From Octopus sinensis (lineage: Eukaryota), in contig NC_043009.1 of assembly GCF_006345805.1 (NCBI RefSeq), positions 31,868,001 to 31,932,000 of the forward strand: DNA of 64,000 nucleotides, read 5' to 3'. Below, one piece after another: positions 35,331 to 48,449 of this stretch (positions are counted from its first letter, which is position 1; every line of letters starts with the position of its first letter). A program made the translations under genes and the position numbers. The notes beneath the pieces were generated by a model. That model searched no databases. It saw only the letters and a program-made list of their open reading frames with translations, and was not told the DNA's origin.

Positions 35331-37344
35331 CATAACGTCCTAATGTGCCATAATGTGTGTGTTTAAGTGCGTGTGACCATTCATGCACTTAAATGTGTGT
35401 GTGTTCATGTGTATGTGTGTGTATATACTCACGTGTGTCTGTTTGAGTTTGTGTGACTCTGCATGTGTGTGTGCATGTGTATGCATGTGTGTGTGTGTGC
35501 TCATATGCATGCATGTGTGTGAGTAGCAATATAAGACTTAGACACTCAACAGAATATTTTTCAATCTTCCAATCAAAATAATATTCATTGAAGATGTTTC
35601 ATAATTTCTCTTAAACCAAGACAACATAAAGGCGTCTTTCAATTTTTGTCTACCAAATCTACTCACAAACTTTGGTCAATCGGCTGCTATAGTAGAAGAC
35701 ACTTGCCCAAGATTCCACACAGTAGGACAGAACCCAGAACCACATGGTTGGGAAACGAACTTCTTACCCAACACCCATTACAGAATAGAATTCTTTGACT
35801 GAATATTGCTAGTTTTATTACTACGTGATTTAGTTCCTTAGTTAAAGTTATTTACATCACAATACCCGATCACGCAAATACCACAGCAAGCAGAATAAGA
35901 TAAAAGGTGATAATAGATAACTCCAGGTTATCTATAATGAAAATATAAAAATGAAAAAAAGTAAGCTATAAAATTCCTGACACGTCTTTTAAATGAAAGA
36001 TATCTACTAACAAAACATCACTGTTCTCTTTCATAACAAACTTCTCTGATCGTTCTCATCTTATATACATTGTGAGCCTGTGTCTGGCAGTTGCATTTTC
36101 TCCAAGAAAATTATCACCAGTTTATGCGTGTTTCTCTGTGACTGTGTAAGTGTGAATGTGTGTGAGAATGTGTGTGTAAGTCTATATGTATGTGAGTGTG
36201 TGTATACACATACTGTCACAAATAGACCCCACGTAGTCTTTCCAACACCACCTGAAGGTAAGGGTGACCACAGAAACACACCTTTATTGTATAAGTACAA
36301 AACAGAGAGGTAAAAGTACATTTATTTTCTTTATGTGGTGTGTTTCAGAAATTGGTTGTTTTAATTTGATTTTATTTCCTTATATCGTTGCCTAGAGTAA
36401 TTCATAATTATTTTTGATTATTCATTGAGGTCTTTCAGTGAATAATTATTTAAGATGTACTCGCTGGAGTTCAAGAGATGTTTATTATTGCATAGCTACA
36501 TACATACTTAGATATATACATATATATATATATATGCATGTATGTATGTATGCATGAATGTATGTATGCATGCATGTATGTATGTATGTATGTATGTGTG
36601 TATGTTTGTATGTATGTATGTATGCATGCATGTGTGTATGTATGTATGTATGTATGTATGTATGTATGTGTATGTATGTGTGTATGTTTGTATGTATGTA
36701 TATGGGTGTATGTATATGGGTGTATGTCAGTGGGTGAAAGCCTTATAGCCATATAGATAGGTGTGTGTGTATGCGTGTGTGTGTGTGTGGTGTGTGTGTG
36801 TGTGTGTGTGTGTGTGTTAGTTAGTGTTTTGCAGTATGTTTTGCAGGCATGGGTTTCTTTAAGAATATGATGCTGAAAATTCTATCTTAAAGATGCAAAG
36901 AAGGAAGAATAATGGAACGTAATTTTATTAAAAAAGATAATTATTCATAAACAACAAAAATATATAAATAAATGAAATGGGAAAAAATTAATATTGAACA
37001 TCATCAGTGACCAGAATTTGTTCCAATAACAAAGTATTATTGACGTTGTGGTTGGAATAACTTCTGTTATTATAATCATAATAATGTTTTGGTAGAACCA
37101 ATAGAATAAATAGCAGTTAAAATGTTAGTGTTATTTCCAGCGGTTTATATTCTGAGCTCAAATCTCACTGAGGTCAACTTTAATTTTGATCCTTCTGGGA
37201 TCGATAAAATAAAGTGTCAGTAAAGTAAAAAAAGGTCAGTTCCAGTGACCAACCCCTTTTCACATATTGGTGAGCTGCTGCCAATATAAAACTTTAATTA
37301 TAATGATAGTAATAATGGGCTGGCAGCTTTGCTCAAATGAAAGA

Positions 37345-37628
37345 CTGCAGCTGCACTACTATGGACATGTGGTAAAAATGTCTCAAGAAAGAATTGTTGG
37401 TCAGGTTTTGGGTGGATGGGTGGGGGTGGGACCATGACTGGGAGACTCAGGAGTAGACCATGAGCAAGATGGTTGGATAGCATCCATGGGCTCAGCAGGT
37501 CTTGCTTCAGGATCCAGCTGGATCAAATAAAGATGCTTACTTGTGACAAGACCTGATGGGAAGAATGTCTGAGAACTCTGTCTCTACGTTCCTCCAAGGA
37601 TTAAGTGGGCAAAGAAGATGAGATGGTT
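37345..37628 (+). mobile_element. RTE-clade LINE 3' end, same type as 14223-14482
   Basis: RLQLHYYGHVVKMSQERIVGQVL...TGRLRSRP*ARWLDSI...WEECLRTL. Confidence 0.7.
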
Positions 37629-38724
37629 GGCTGGCAAAATTATTAAAGTATCACAAGAAATGGCATGACATGTTTGTTCTAATTGTTTATATTCTAAGTT
37701 CAAATTATATTGGAGATAACTTTCCTTTCATCTTCAATGAGATCAATGAAATAAGTAACATGCAGATACAAGGGGCACTTGAATCAGCAAAACCCTGCCC
37801 ATAAATTTATGGCCTCCTACCTATGTAATAAATTATTATTGGTATACTGGTTAGGTCGTTAGAGTATTGGTTAAAATGCTTTGCAGTATTTCTTTTGAGT
37901 CTTTATGGTTTTTGAGTTCAAACCCAGTTGAGGTCATCTTTGCTTTTCATTTTGGAGTTTGATAAAGTAAAACGTTAAGTACTGAATTGGAATGGATGGT
38001 ATCAGGAAATAAAATAGTCTTTTATGTTTCAAGCCTACGCTCTTCCACAGAAAGGAACACAGAAAGAAACAAGGAGAGAAATCCCCCCCCCCACACACAC
38101 ACACACACACGTTTGGTCACATAGATGTCTGCAGAGTTTTAGCTATTAGTTTCCAGTATCTTGGCCAGAAATATAAAATGTGTAACAATTTCTAAATGCA
38201 AAATAATTTCTTAAAAAGCGAAAAAAAATATCAAGAGATACTTCAGCTGAAGATGAAAAAGTTGGAAACAGAATCAGATGAAAGATCCATAAACTCATTC
38301 AGCTTATTCTTTTGTGCAGCAGACTGAAATTAAATGAAGCTTCCATTTCTTCTCAGAAACCCAAATACCAACTGATATTTTATCATTGGTTGGTAACAGG
38401 CAGAAAATAAAAAAAAAAGCAATGTTAAATACATCCAATAAATATTACAGTTAGTATAATGATTGTTGTTGTTGTTGTCATCGTTACTGTTGTTGTTATT
38501 ATTTCTTACTGTGATGGTATATGTTGAATGGTTTTATTATTATTCTTTTTATTTCTAGAACAATTATGTTTTTTCTTTCTATCCATTCTTTTTTTTTTTT
38601 TTCAGGATAATGTTCTATTTACTATTTATCCATCGGTGAAGTCAATAGTCAATGCTGAAATTGAGAAATATCTTATAAATACAGGCATATACATCATCAT
38701 CATCATCATCATCATCATCATTGT

Positions 38725-38990
38725 TAATGTGCACACTGATAAAAGTAAAGCCACTATGTTGGCTAGTCACATATGGGGTTTGAAAACCAACTGCACACCA
38801 TGTACAATCAAATGGAGAATTGTAGAAAAATCCATGTCATATGTAAATGGATCTGAGAAATGCAACTTATGTGTAGCTGAAAGAAAGTACATTCTTATAT
38901 TTATCCAAGAATTGCACCACACTACATAATTCCTAATCAAACATTGTCAGGAAATGCACAAACATAGATAAAAGTCTTTTGGCAAACTGA
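38725..38990 (+). mobile_element. Penelope-like GIY-YIG endonuclease C-terminal fragment
   Basis: KATMLASHIWGLKTNCTPCTIKWRIVEKSMSYVNGSEKCNLCVAERKYIL. Confidence 0.8.
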
Positions 38991-39087
38991 AGGACACCAC
39001 TATCTCTGAATCACAGAGTTTGGAATCCTGTCCCATGAATTATTTGACAAAAACTAGTTTAATTATGGTCAAAAGGGACATAACTAT

Positions 39088-39496
39088 CTTTCTCTTTCTC
39101 TTTTTACTTGTTTCAGTCATTTGACTGTAGCCATGCTGGAGCACCACCCTTAATCGAGCAACTTGACCCTGGGACTTATTCTTTGTAAGCCCAGTACTTA
39201 TTCTATCGATCTCTTTTGCCGAACCGCTAAGTGATGGGGACATAAACACACCAGCATCGGTTGTCAAGCAATGCTAGGGGGACAAACACAGACACACACA
39301 CATACATGCACATACATATATATACATATATACGACGGGCTTCTTTCAGTTTCCGTCTACCAAATCCACTCACAAGGCTTTGGTTGGCCCGAGGCTATAG
39401 TAGAAGACACTTGCCCAAGGTGCCATGCAGTGGGACTGAACCTGGAACCATGTGGTTGGTAAACAAGCTACTTACCACACAGCCACTCCTGCACCT
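39088..39496 (-). mobile_element. SINE family A, full length
   Basis: Reverse complement of consensus. Confidence 0.92.
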
Positions 39497-39610
39497 ATTT
39501 TTCTTTATTGTAATGTTCTTTTCTTTTCTTTTTGTTTTTATTCACCCTTTCACTTTTGGTATCATGCTCAACACACATACACACACACACATATACACAT
39601 ATACATATAA

Positions 39611-40172
39611 ATATACTAGCTTAAAAGCTGCCCTATTGGGTGGCTTTTAAGTTAGTATATAGCTTTTAAGCAACTGACCCTGGTTGGGAAGATCTGCAAA
39701 CAGATCTCTGACTGGTTTTGCAGAATTTGTTGCAATTGCTTCCTCTAGAGTCATATCCCAATGATGATCATATTCGTTTCCAAAAAATCATGTCAAATTA
39801 TCGCCAAAAGCAATCACAGTAATGTAAACCAAGGAATCCAAAATTTCAAGATTGCAGGTCCAGATTCAGCCTGGAATGGTTTTTATTTACTCATAGAGTT
39901 GGCTTTTAGATTGTAAACATTGTTATTATACAAGAAAATTTGTCGCAAAAAGTCAGATAAAGAAATTGCCAAAAACAATCACAGGAATGAAAACTTTGGA
40001 ATCCAAAATTTCAGGATTGTGGGTCCGGATTCAGCCTGGAATGTTTTTAGTTTATTCATGGGATCAGCCTGATTCCAAAATGGTATGATTTGTTGGGCCA
40101 TAGCCTCTAGGAGTAAAGTTGAAAAAGTGTGACACACTGACATCTATTACGTATTATATTATTATATTATAT
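39611..40172. mobile_element. Helitron/Helentron-like non-autonomous element with ~165-bp internal tandem repeat
   Basis: 50-nt palindrome 39611-39660; ~94-bp blocks repeated at ~39801 and ~39966. Confidence 0.45.
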
Positions 40173-40375
40173 TAAGGCAGCGAGCTGGCAAAATCGTTAG
40201 CACACTGGGCAAAATGCTTAGTGTTATGTCATCTACATTAGGTTTTGAGTTTGAATTCCACTGAGGATTCTTTGCCTTTCATCCTTTTAGGGTCGGTAAA
40301 ATTAGTACCAGTTACATACTGGTGTTCATGTAATTGACTAAATCCCTTCCTCCAACACTTGAGGCCTTTATTAAA
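40173..40375 (+). mobile_element. SINE family B (further copies ~3300-3450-, ~8055-8205+, ~37105-37285+, ~37850-37990+, ~45655-45745-, ~50722-50890+)
   Basis: aaggcagcgagctggcaaaatcgttagcac head. Confidence 0.82.
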
Positions 40376-40905
40376 GGATTTATTTAAGTTGAAAAATTGT
40401 GACATCCTGACATTCACATTTATTATATTAGATATGTTTAATTTTGGGGAAACTTTATTTCAATTAAAGTGTATTTTTATATGTTTATATGTGTGAGTAT
40501 GTATATATACATGTGTGTGTGCTTATTAAAGAAAGCAAAAATAAAACAAAAATGACAGTGTTCAGTATGTTGGTGACAGGAATTTCTGTCCAAGAGACAT
40601 GGTTAAACAAAATTGTACATCATTTCTCTCTGTCTCTCACATACCCACACTTTCTCTCCCACTGCCACCATCCACACTACTACTTTTGATAAAACTCTCA
40701 TTAAATTTTTTTCCCTCTCTTTCCCTCTCTTTTTCTTTCTCTCTCTCTCTGTCTGTCTTTGTGTCCACCCTCACCATCTCCATGCCTACTATTACTCTCA
40801 CCCCATCATGAGGAATAGTAGGAGTGTCATTGAATAGTGAGAGGGGGTCTAAGTGTGACACACTGACACACAGAAATTAGGTTTCACATTTATTATAATA
40901 GATAC

Positions 40906-40941
<36 letters not shown>

Positions 40942-41500
40942 GCATATAGACATATATAAACATCTATACGCATATTTACACACACATATATATATATATA
41001 TATATATTTGAGTATGTATACATAAATTTATACATATATATGCATATATATATATACATATTTATATACACAAACAAACACATATATAGATATATATGCA
41101 TACATATAAATACATGCACATAGAGTAACATCATAATGATGGGTTAAGCAGAAATTTAAGGTAAACTTATGTGCAAGTGTTTTTAATAAATAGAGATTTA
41201 ATTTTGCAATGAAGAAGTCAATGCTGTAATTAGACTTGAAGTTTTTTTCCCTGAGGCCTGAAAGGGTGGTCACTCTGTCTAGCTCCAACTTTTATTAAAG
41301 CTTCGTTAATGGTTCATTATGGATTCATGGTTAACGGAGATGATATTAGACATTAGGTATTTCTAAGGCGCCAAGGTGTCATGTAGTTGGACTGAACTGA
41401 GAACCATGGTGGTTGGGAAGCAAGCTTCTTACCACACAGCCACGCCTGTGCCTATTCTTACCACACAGCTAGTGTTAGAACCTACAATGCTAGGTGTTCT

Positions 41501-41779
41501 ATCTATATAACAGCCACTTATATTTTCATTGCTGGTGACTCCAACTATCCTGAAACTGAATGGGAAACTTTTCATTGGCCACAAAGTGCAGGCGATTTCC
41601 TTGATGTAATGCTGGATGCAAACTGGTCCCAAGTAGCCACCTCTCCCACAAGAGGTAATAACACTTTGGACCTGTTCTTTACCACCACTCCTGAAACTGA
41701 TATCAGTGTTACGATGAAGGAATCTCTAGGCAATTCCGATCATGTTATGATCATTGCCAATCTGTCTCTTATAGGCTAA
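41501..41779 (+). mobile_element. CR1/L2/Jockey-type LINE APE endonuclease fragment (left arm of inversion)
   Basis: Open frame FIAGDSNYPETEWETF...WSQVATSPTRGNNTLDLFFTT...SLGNSDHVMI. Confidence 0.85.
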
Positions 41780-42054
41780 AACAAGAAGCACCACCACATT
41801 CAAACCATTTTGACCATTTTGGCCCCATTCCATGAGAGCATCTTATTTGGCCTATGAACATTTCGGCCGACCCTTATAATGATAAATATTATTATTATTA
41901 TACTTGCATTTGTTTTAAACATTGAAAAAATACACATTTTCATAAATAAATTTGCTTAGGAGTGCAAACCCAGGTTCAAATTTATTTATGAAAATGTGTA
42001 TTTTTTCAATGTTTAAAACAAATGCAAGTATAATAATAATAATATTTATCATTA

Positions 42055-42205
42055 TAAGGGTCGGTCGAAATGTTCATAGGCCAAATAAGATGCTCTCATG
42101 GAATGGGGACAAATGAAGTTCATCTTTTAACATAGTTCCTCTTACTGTCCACACACTTCCATCAGTAGTTGCAGTGTTTGGATTTCACTGGTGAAGAAGC
42201 TATAT
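42055..42205 (-). mobile_element. Mariner transposon 3' end with TIR
   Basis: TA|taagggtcggtcgaaatgttcatagg terminus; minus translation *WKCVDSKRNYVKR* resembles the mariner C-terminus WKKCV..KGDYVEK. Confidence 0.72.
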
Positions 42206-42245
42206 TGTTGGTCAAAATGGTTTGAATGTGGTGGTGCTTCTTGTT

Positions 42246-42524
42246 TTAGCCTATAAGAGACAGATTGGCAATGATCATAACATGATCGGAATTGCCTAGA
42301 GATTCCTTCATCGTAACACTGATAACAGTTTCAGGAGTGGTGGTAAAGAACAGGTCCAAAGTGTTATTACCTCTTGTGGGAGAGGTGGCTACTTGGGACC
42401 AGTTTGCATCCAGCATTACATCAAGGAAATCGCCTGCACTTTGTGGCCAATGAAAAGTTTCCCATTCAATTTCAGGATAGTTGGAGTCACCAGCAATGAA
42501 AATATAAGTGGCTGTTATATAGAT
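42246..42524 (-). mobile_element. Same APE endonuclease fragment (right arm of inversion)
   Basis: Reverse complement of 41501-41779 with two substitutions seen. Confidence 0.85.
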
Positions 42525-42570
42525 AGAACACCTAGCATTGTAGGTTCTAACACTAGCTGTGTGGTAAGAA

Positions 42571-42978
42571 TAGGCACAGGCGTGGCTGTGTGGTAAGAAG
42601 CTTGCTTCCCAACCACCATGGTTCTCAGTTCAGTCCCACTACATGACACCTTGGGCAAGTGTCTTCTACTATAGCATTAGGCTGACTAAAGCCTTGTCAG
42701 TGGGTTTGGTAGATGGAAACTGAAAGAAGCCCATTGTGTGTGTGTGTGTGTGTGTGTGTGTACCTTTGTGCATGTGTTTGTGCCCCTAACATCGCTTGAC
42801 AACCGATGTTGGTGTGTTTATGTCCCTGAAACTCAGTGGTTCAGCAAAAGAGACCAATAGCATAAATACTAGGCTTATAAAGAATAAGTCCTGGGGTCGG
42901 TTTGTGTGACTAAAGGCAATGCTACAGCATGGCCACTGTCATATGACTGAAGCATGTAAAAGAGAATGAAAGAGAATA
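42571..42978 (+). mobile_element. SINE family A; its head is copied into the left arm of the inversion (41371-41454, minus)
   Basis: aggcacaggcgtggctgtgtggtaag head. Confidence 0.9.
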
Positions 42979-43399
42979 CACACACACACACAGTGAAACA
43001 AACAAACTGATTTAAAAATTGCACAGAAGGTAGCAATTTGAAAAATCACGTATAAGTAGTGGAGGATGTTGAGTGGAGTGGCAGCAGTGTAAGATGTGTG
43101 TTTTGGCATTGACTGGTGCTGCTTGTACAAATTGTATGTTTTGTCCCAGATAAATGAGTGAAATTACAGTGAAATTGCAGTTACTGCATTTGTACAGTCC
43201 CATACATTCAGAAAACTGGCATATTTTGGGGGTATCATGCATTTATAGAATTTATTTTATTTACATTTGGCAGATTTATCATGGAACTGTGAGGTATACA
43301 TTCAAATTGAGGTGGACAGTAGAATAGTATGGCAATGATAATGATGATGATGATGATTATGGGTCACTTGTAGTATTCAATGGAAATGCAGAATGTGGA

Positions 43400-43880
43400 T
43401 AGTTAGAAATGAAGGGCTTGATATCAAGAATATGTTGTCAAAGAAATTGGTGTCAATAAGAGTGAAATAAAGAATCCTATGGGTATACCTAGATTCTGCC
43501 CTTATATAAGAGTGTGTGATCTGGAACGTGAACAATCCTATATGAAAGCTTATCAATGCTGCAGACACACGGTTCCGTAGAGAAATACTGAAAATATTCT
43601 CATACACAGATAGGCGAACAAATGTAGACGGCTTTAGACTAGCAGAGACTGTGTGGAAACTTCTAAATAATCTAAGTAAGAAATAATTTTTTCACTGGAC
43701 ACCATATGAGAAGACAATGCTTTGGCATCTGGAAAAGTTTGAATAAGAAGGACAGAAATAAAAGATAAAGAACGGTCTTATCAGTTGGCTACAGAAATGC
43801 CAAGCTAGTAAGATGTTAAATTCTGTGGTACATGAAGGGCAGGGTGGAAGTTAATAGCCACTGATGCCTGTAGGCTTAAC
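43400..43880 (+). mobile_element. Degenerate RTE-clade LINE RT C-terminal fragment
   Basis: RILWVYLDSALI*ECVIWNVN...KLINAADTRFRREILKIFSYTDRRTN...FFTGHHMRR, with frameshifts. Confidence 0.62.
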
Positions 43881-44311
43881 ATATTTAGTTCTATAAAGAT
43901 CAGTCCAACTGTGACCACCTCTGCTTTTATGATACAGACTTCCCAGTCTAAAGTGATCTAGACTAAAACACTCCATCAAGATTTGTTAGTTTACATTCCA
44001 GACATCAGCTTCATAATGATGAAAGTTACTTTACTAAATTCTTCATTCTTTCGAAAATCAATTGAAACAAAAGCAGCATATTTTAACAGAAATATGGCAA
44101 CAAAAGGGTTAAAAGAAGCTATTTATAATATATGCGCACACAGACAGAACCAAATTAATTAGTTTGTCTAGTTTGCATAACGGTGAAAATGTTGGCCATG
44201 TGAATGAATTAAGTAAGAGAAGCTGAGCTGTTTTGAAACCACCATAGGACCCTGTGCAAAGAAATACACAGGAGCCCATACACACACAAACACAGTATCT
44301 CTCTCTATGTG

Positions 44312-44358
<47 letters not shown>

Positions 44359-44874
44359 AATACAAACTGGGACAAGAACGCAAAACATTTAGAAGACGAT
44401 ACAAAAAACACGGGGGGGACATTCGAAGCCTTCAATCTTCAGTCAAGAGCTGGATCATCCTCGCAATTTCGGCTGATTAATCCAGTCTGGCCAGCCTCAA
44501 TGAAAAACTAAGCTAAGCACATTAGATTCCTTGGAAAAAGCTTTGAATGTATACAAAACAAGGACGGAAATGTGGCAGGGGGTATGTGTGTGTGTGGTGT
44601 GTGTGTGTGTGTGTGTGTGTGTAATTGTGTGAATATATGTGAATTAGTGTGTTGAATAAAGCATGTTCACAGTTTGGGCTTCCTGGTGTCATCCACGGTT
44701 GGGGTATATTTCTGTTGGATCTACTTCAGGAATGCTGCAGTATTAGTTGAGATGATAATAATAATCGATGAAGAAAACAGAAGATGGATTTGGCATGAGT
44801 CTTTATTCAGTACGATGGCACGGCATCCCACCCATAAAGGATAGTCACAGGAGGGGTCAAAAAACGATCGTTGT

Positions 44875-45365
44875 AAGACCCTGATACTTAATTTATATAA
44901 CTATTTTATGTTACAATAACAAAAGATTGTCTTCGACCTAAACGAGCTTGGATTAATATTATTTGAGATATATAAAAATACATTTTGATAGTTGTAGATT
45001 CTATTTACTTAATTATTTTGTCCATTACAATTTTGTTGTTTTTTAATGGTAATTGTTACATAGTTGAAAGTTAATGCTCACACTCATAATATATAGAAAT
45101 TTGAATTAATTTTTTACAATCCAGCTGTCCTTTCACATGGAATTTCATCTATCTTTAAACCTTAGCTCAGTTGAGATTTATATAAGTGAATTGAATTGTT
45201 TATATATCAAATAATGTATATTATTCAAAACAAATTGTTAACTTTTTTGATTTTTTAATGTTATCTTATCTTATATTATATTATATTATATTATATTCAT
45301 AGTATATGTTATATTATAATATAAATAAAATACTGTATTGTCAATTATATCTCTCTATTTAATTT
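44875..45365 (+). mobile_element. Second, more decayed copy of the 25.4-kb repeat
   Basis: See 25383-25860; hammerhead core eroded to agctcagttgaga...ttcaaaacaaattgtta. Confidence 0.78.
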
Positions 45366-45458
45366 ATTGTTTGTGATTTGCATTATACCCATGTACCAGT
45401 GAATTGAATGTTTTACACACCCGTTTGAAGGAATTCTTTTCCTTAGCTTGTTATTTTA

Positions 45459-45506
<48 letters not shown>

Positions 45507-45528
45507 CACACACTCACATACATATAAT

Positions 45529-45576
<48 letters not shown>

Positions 45577-46008
45577 AATAATAATAATAATAATAATAAT
45601 ATAATAATAATAATATAATAATAATAATAATGATAATAATAATCCTTTCTATTAAAGGCACATGACCGGAAAGTTTGAGGAAGGGGGTTAATCAATTAGA
45701 TCGACTGCAGTACATGAGTGGAACTTAATTTATCGACACATAGTGGTATTTCATTGTCTTTATGTTCTGTTTCTAGTTGGGTATCTGACACAAGCGTTCT
45801 GTCGCATAGCCTACTAGAAATGGTGATTCTTGAGGCTAAATAACAGTAGCATTTTTCCTTTTCCTGGGACTGCCACATTAAGTTGGCAACAAGCCATCAC
45901 TTTATCATGTTGCTACTGCATAACTCTCTCTCTTTAGAAATGCAATATTTATATGTGTGTGTGTGTATGTGTAACAATTTTGCCAGTTTGTCACCTTAAA
46001 AATTATTC

Positions 46009-46080
46009 TGGAGATGCCAGGGATTGAACCTGGGTCATTTTGCATGCAAAGTGAATGCTCTGCTACTGAGCTACTGCTCT
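46009..46080 (-). pseudogene. tRNA-Ala(UGC) pseudogene
   Basis: 72 nt AGAGCAGTAGCTCAGTAGCAGAGCATTCACTTTGCATGCAAAATGACCCAGGTTCAATCCCTGGCATCTCCA aligns end to end with eukaryotic tRNA-Ala; acceptor and anticodon stems broken; TTTTT lies just downstream. Confidence 0.85.
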
Positions 46081-46429
46081 CTTTATGTGTGCTTTGTGAT
46101 CGATTCTTTATAGTTCAAAGATTTTGTATGTTTCTTTTACATCCATTTAATGAATAGGGTCTATTTTAGGAGAAAATATTAAAAATAAAAGCATGATTTT
46201 GGAATTGTATTGATGCAGTTTTAAAACAAGATTGTCTTTTTGTACATATGAACACAAAACATCTGATATATATATATATATTTTACTTAAAGATGTTTAC
46301 TAATATCTCTACTCCAACTGGGTGTATAAAGTGTAGAAAAGTATAAAGTGTAGAAAATAGAAAGAAAAGTGAATTTTATTTCAGGATGTAAAATAAACCC
46401 AGTCACGAAACAAAACTTATTTCATTAGT

Positions 46430-47090
46430 GTTTTGAGGTTGGTGGTGGTGACGATGGTGATGATGATCGTGATGATGATCGTGATGGGGATGATGATGAT
46501 GATGATGATATTGTTGTGGTGGTGGTGTGGTGGTGGTGGTGATGACAGCAGCAGTAGTGGTGAAACCAAAAGAGGGAGAATGGCAAGGTTGTTGTTGTTG
46601 TTGCTGTTGCGATGGTGGTACTAGTGTTCATGATGTTGACAATGATGATGACAATGTTGATGATAGAAAAGAGACATATGGAAGAGAGGTATGGACGATG
46701 ACAGTAATAATGATGACAATGGTGATGACGAGGAGGATCTTAATGAGAGTAGCATGGATAATATTGATTACCATTAATCATCATTTGACGATGGTGATGA
46801 TAGACAAACTTTGTGATGAAACCAGCAGTTAATAAGACTGAAGGTGTTACATAACAGAAAAGGAAGACAGGTGCTTACTTTAGTTACACATATATCTCGT
46901 TAGCAAATATTTCGTATTTCATATTTTCTCACATTGACCTTCCAAAACAACACAACTTAGTTGCAATCTAATACTTATTTATATAACTATTTATTATTAT
47001 TATTATCATATTATTATTATTATCATTATTATTATTATTATTATCACTATTATTACTATTATTATCATTATTATTATTATTGTTGTTATT

Positions 47091-47125
<35 letters not shown>

Positions 47126-47225
47126 TATTATTATTCTTATTATTCTTATTATTCTTATTCTTATTACTATTGTTGTTGTTGTTGCTGTTATAGATGATGT
47201 TGTTGTTGTTGTTTCCTCTTGTTTT
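46430..47225. repeat. Compound trinucleotide microsatellites (GGT, GAT, TAT, CAT, TGT)
   Basis: Direct reading. Confidence 0.9.
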
Positions 47226-47664
47226 GCTTTAATTTGTAGCTATTGTTTAGAACTTAATTAATTTCATTGTGATATTCAAATTGAAAGTATTCTAATGAAA
47301 AGTGGGGAAGACAGATTGTTAAAAGTTCTGATTAATAACACTAAATTTTAGAATTTATCAAATGTCATAAGTTCTAGTGTCTCTTTCTCTCTCTCTCTCT
47401 CAACAATTGTTAAATACCTGAATAGCTACAGAATAAACTACAAATTACTCGTTAATATTAACAACAAGCAGGTAATTCAATTTTCAACACAGCCTTAGTG
47501 CTCTGACTTTAATGAAAATTCATTAGAAGGGATACATTAGCTGCTTCGTTAATATTCTGCATGACCAAATTTGAAACTGCATCACCATACCATGAAATAA
47601 GGAGCCATATTATGGTTACTGGATTGCTAGAAATAGCAGGAAAATCTCTTCAAACTAATTCTTT

Positions 47665-48210
47665 TTACTGGCTGGCATTTTGGGCAAGTGTTTTCTACTA
47701 CAGCCTCATGTATATATTTATGTGTGTGCCTTTGTGTCTGTATTTGTCCTCACACCATCACTTGACAACCGACGTTGGTGTGTTCACGACCCCATAACTT
47801 AGCAGTTCAGCAAAAGAGACTGATAGATTAAATACTAAGCTGACAAAAAACAAGAGCTGGGGTCAATTTCTTCAACTAAAAAAAAACCCTTTACTGGCTG
47901 GGACTTTGGGCAAGTGTTTTCTACTACAGCCTCGGGCTGACCAAAGCCTTGTGAGTGGACTTAGTGGATGGAAACTTGGTGAAGCCCATCGTATGTGTAT
48001 GTGTGTGTATATATTTATGTGTGTGCCTTTGTGTCTGTATTTGTCCTCACACCATCACTTGACAACCGACGTTGGTGTGTTCACGACCCCATAACTTAGC
48101 AGTTCAGCGAAAAGAGACTGATAGATTAAATACTAAGCTTACAAAGAACAAGAGCTGGGGTCAATTTCCGCAACCAAAAATCCCCTTTCAGGTGGTGCTT
48201 CAGCCTTTCT
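47665..48210 (+). mobile_element. Two tandem 5'-truncated SINE family A copies
   Basis: Units ~47665-47888 and ~47891-48210 share private variants. Confidence 0.85.
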
Positions 48211-48303
48211 GGCCATAATGATATATATATATATATATGTACATACATGTATATACATATATATATATATGTGTCTGTATGTATGTATATGTATATGTAT
48301 ATG

Positions 48304-48351
<48 letters not shown>

Positions 48352-48391
48352 TATATTATATATATATATAATATATATATATATGTATATG

Positions 48392-48449
<58 letters not shown>

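Larger units (their letters stand above)
41371..42654. repeat. 1.28-kb fold-back inverted duplication
   Basis: 41371-41816 pairs with 42209-42654 (446 bp); 41823-41954 pairs with 41977-42108 (132 bp); 22-nt spacer; only 4 substitutions seen. Confidence 0.97.

Noticed and set aside
38608-38684. Strong poly-T acceptor followed by DNVLFTIYPSVKSIVNAEIEKYLINT
   Set aside because: No GT donor; runs into a microsatellite and a PLE fragment.
44405-44510. Minus-strand CTGAAGA and a separate cagcc GAAA hairpin
   Set aside because: Could not be assembled into any hammerhead permutation.
44640-44880. aataaa...tggtgtca resembling an LTR end plus PBS
   Set aside because: No second LTR, TG..CA boundary or internal domains.
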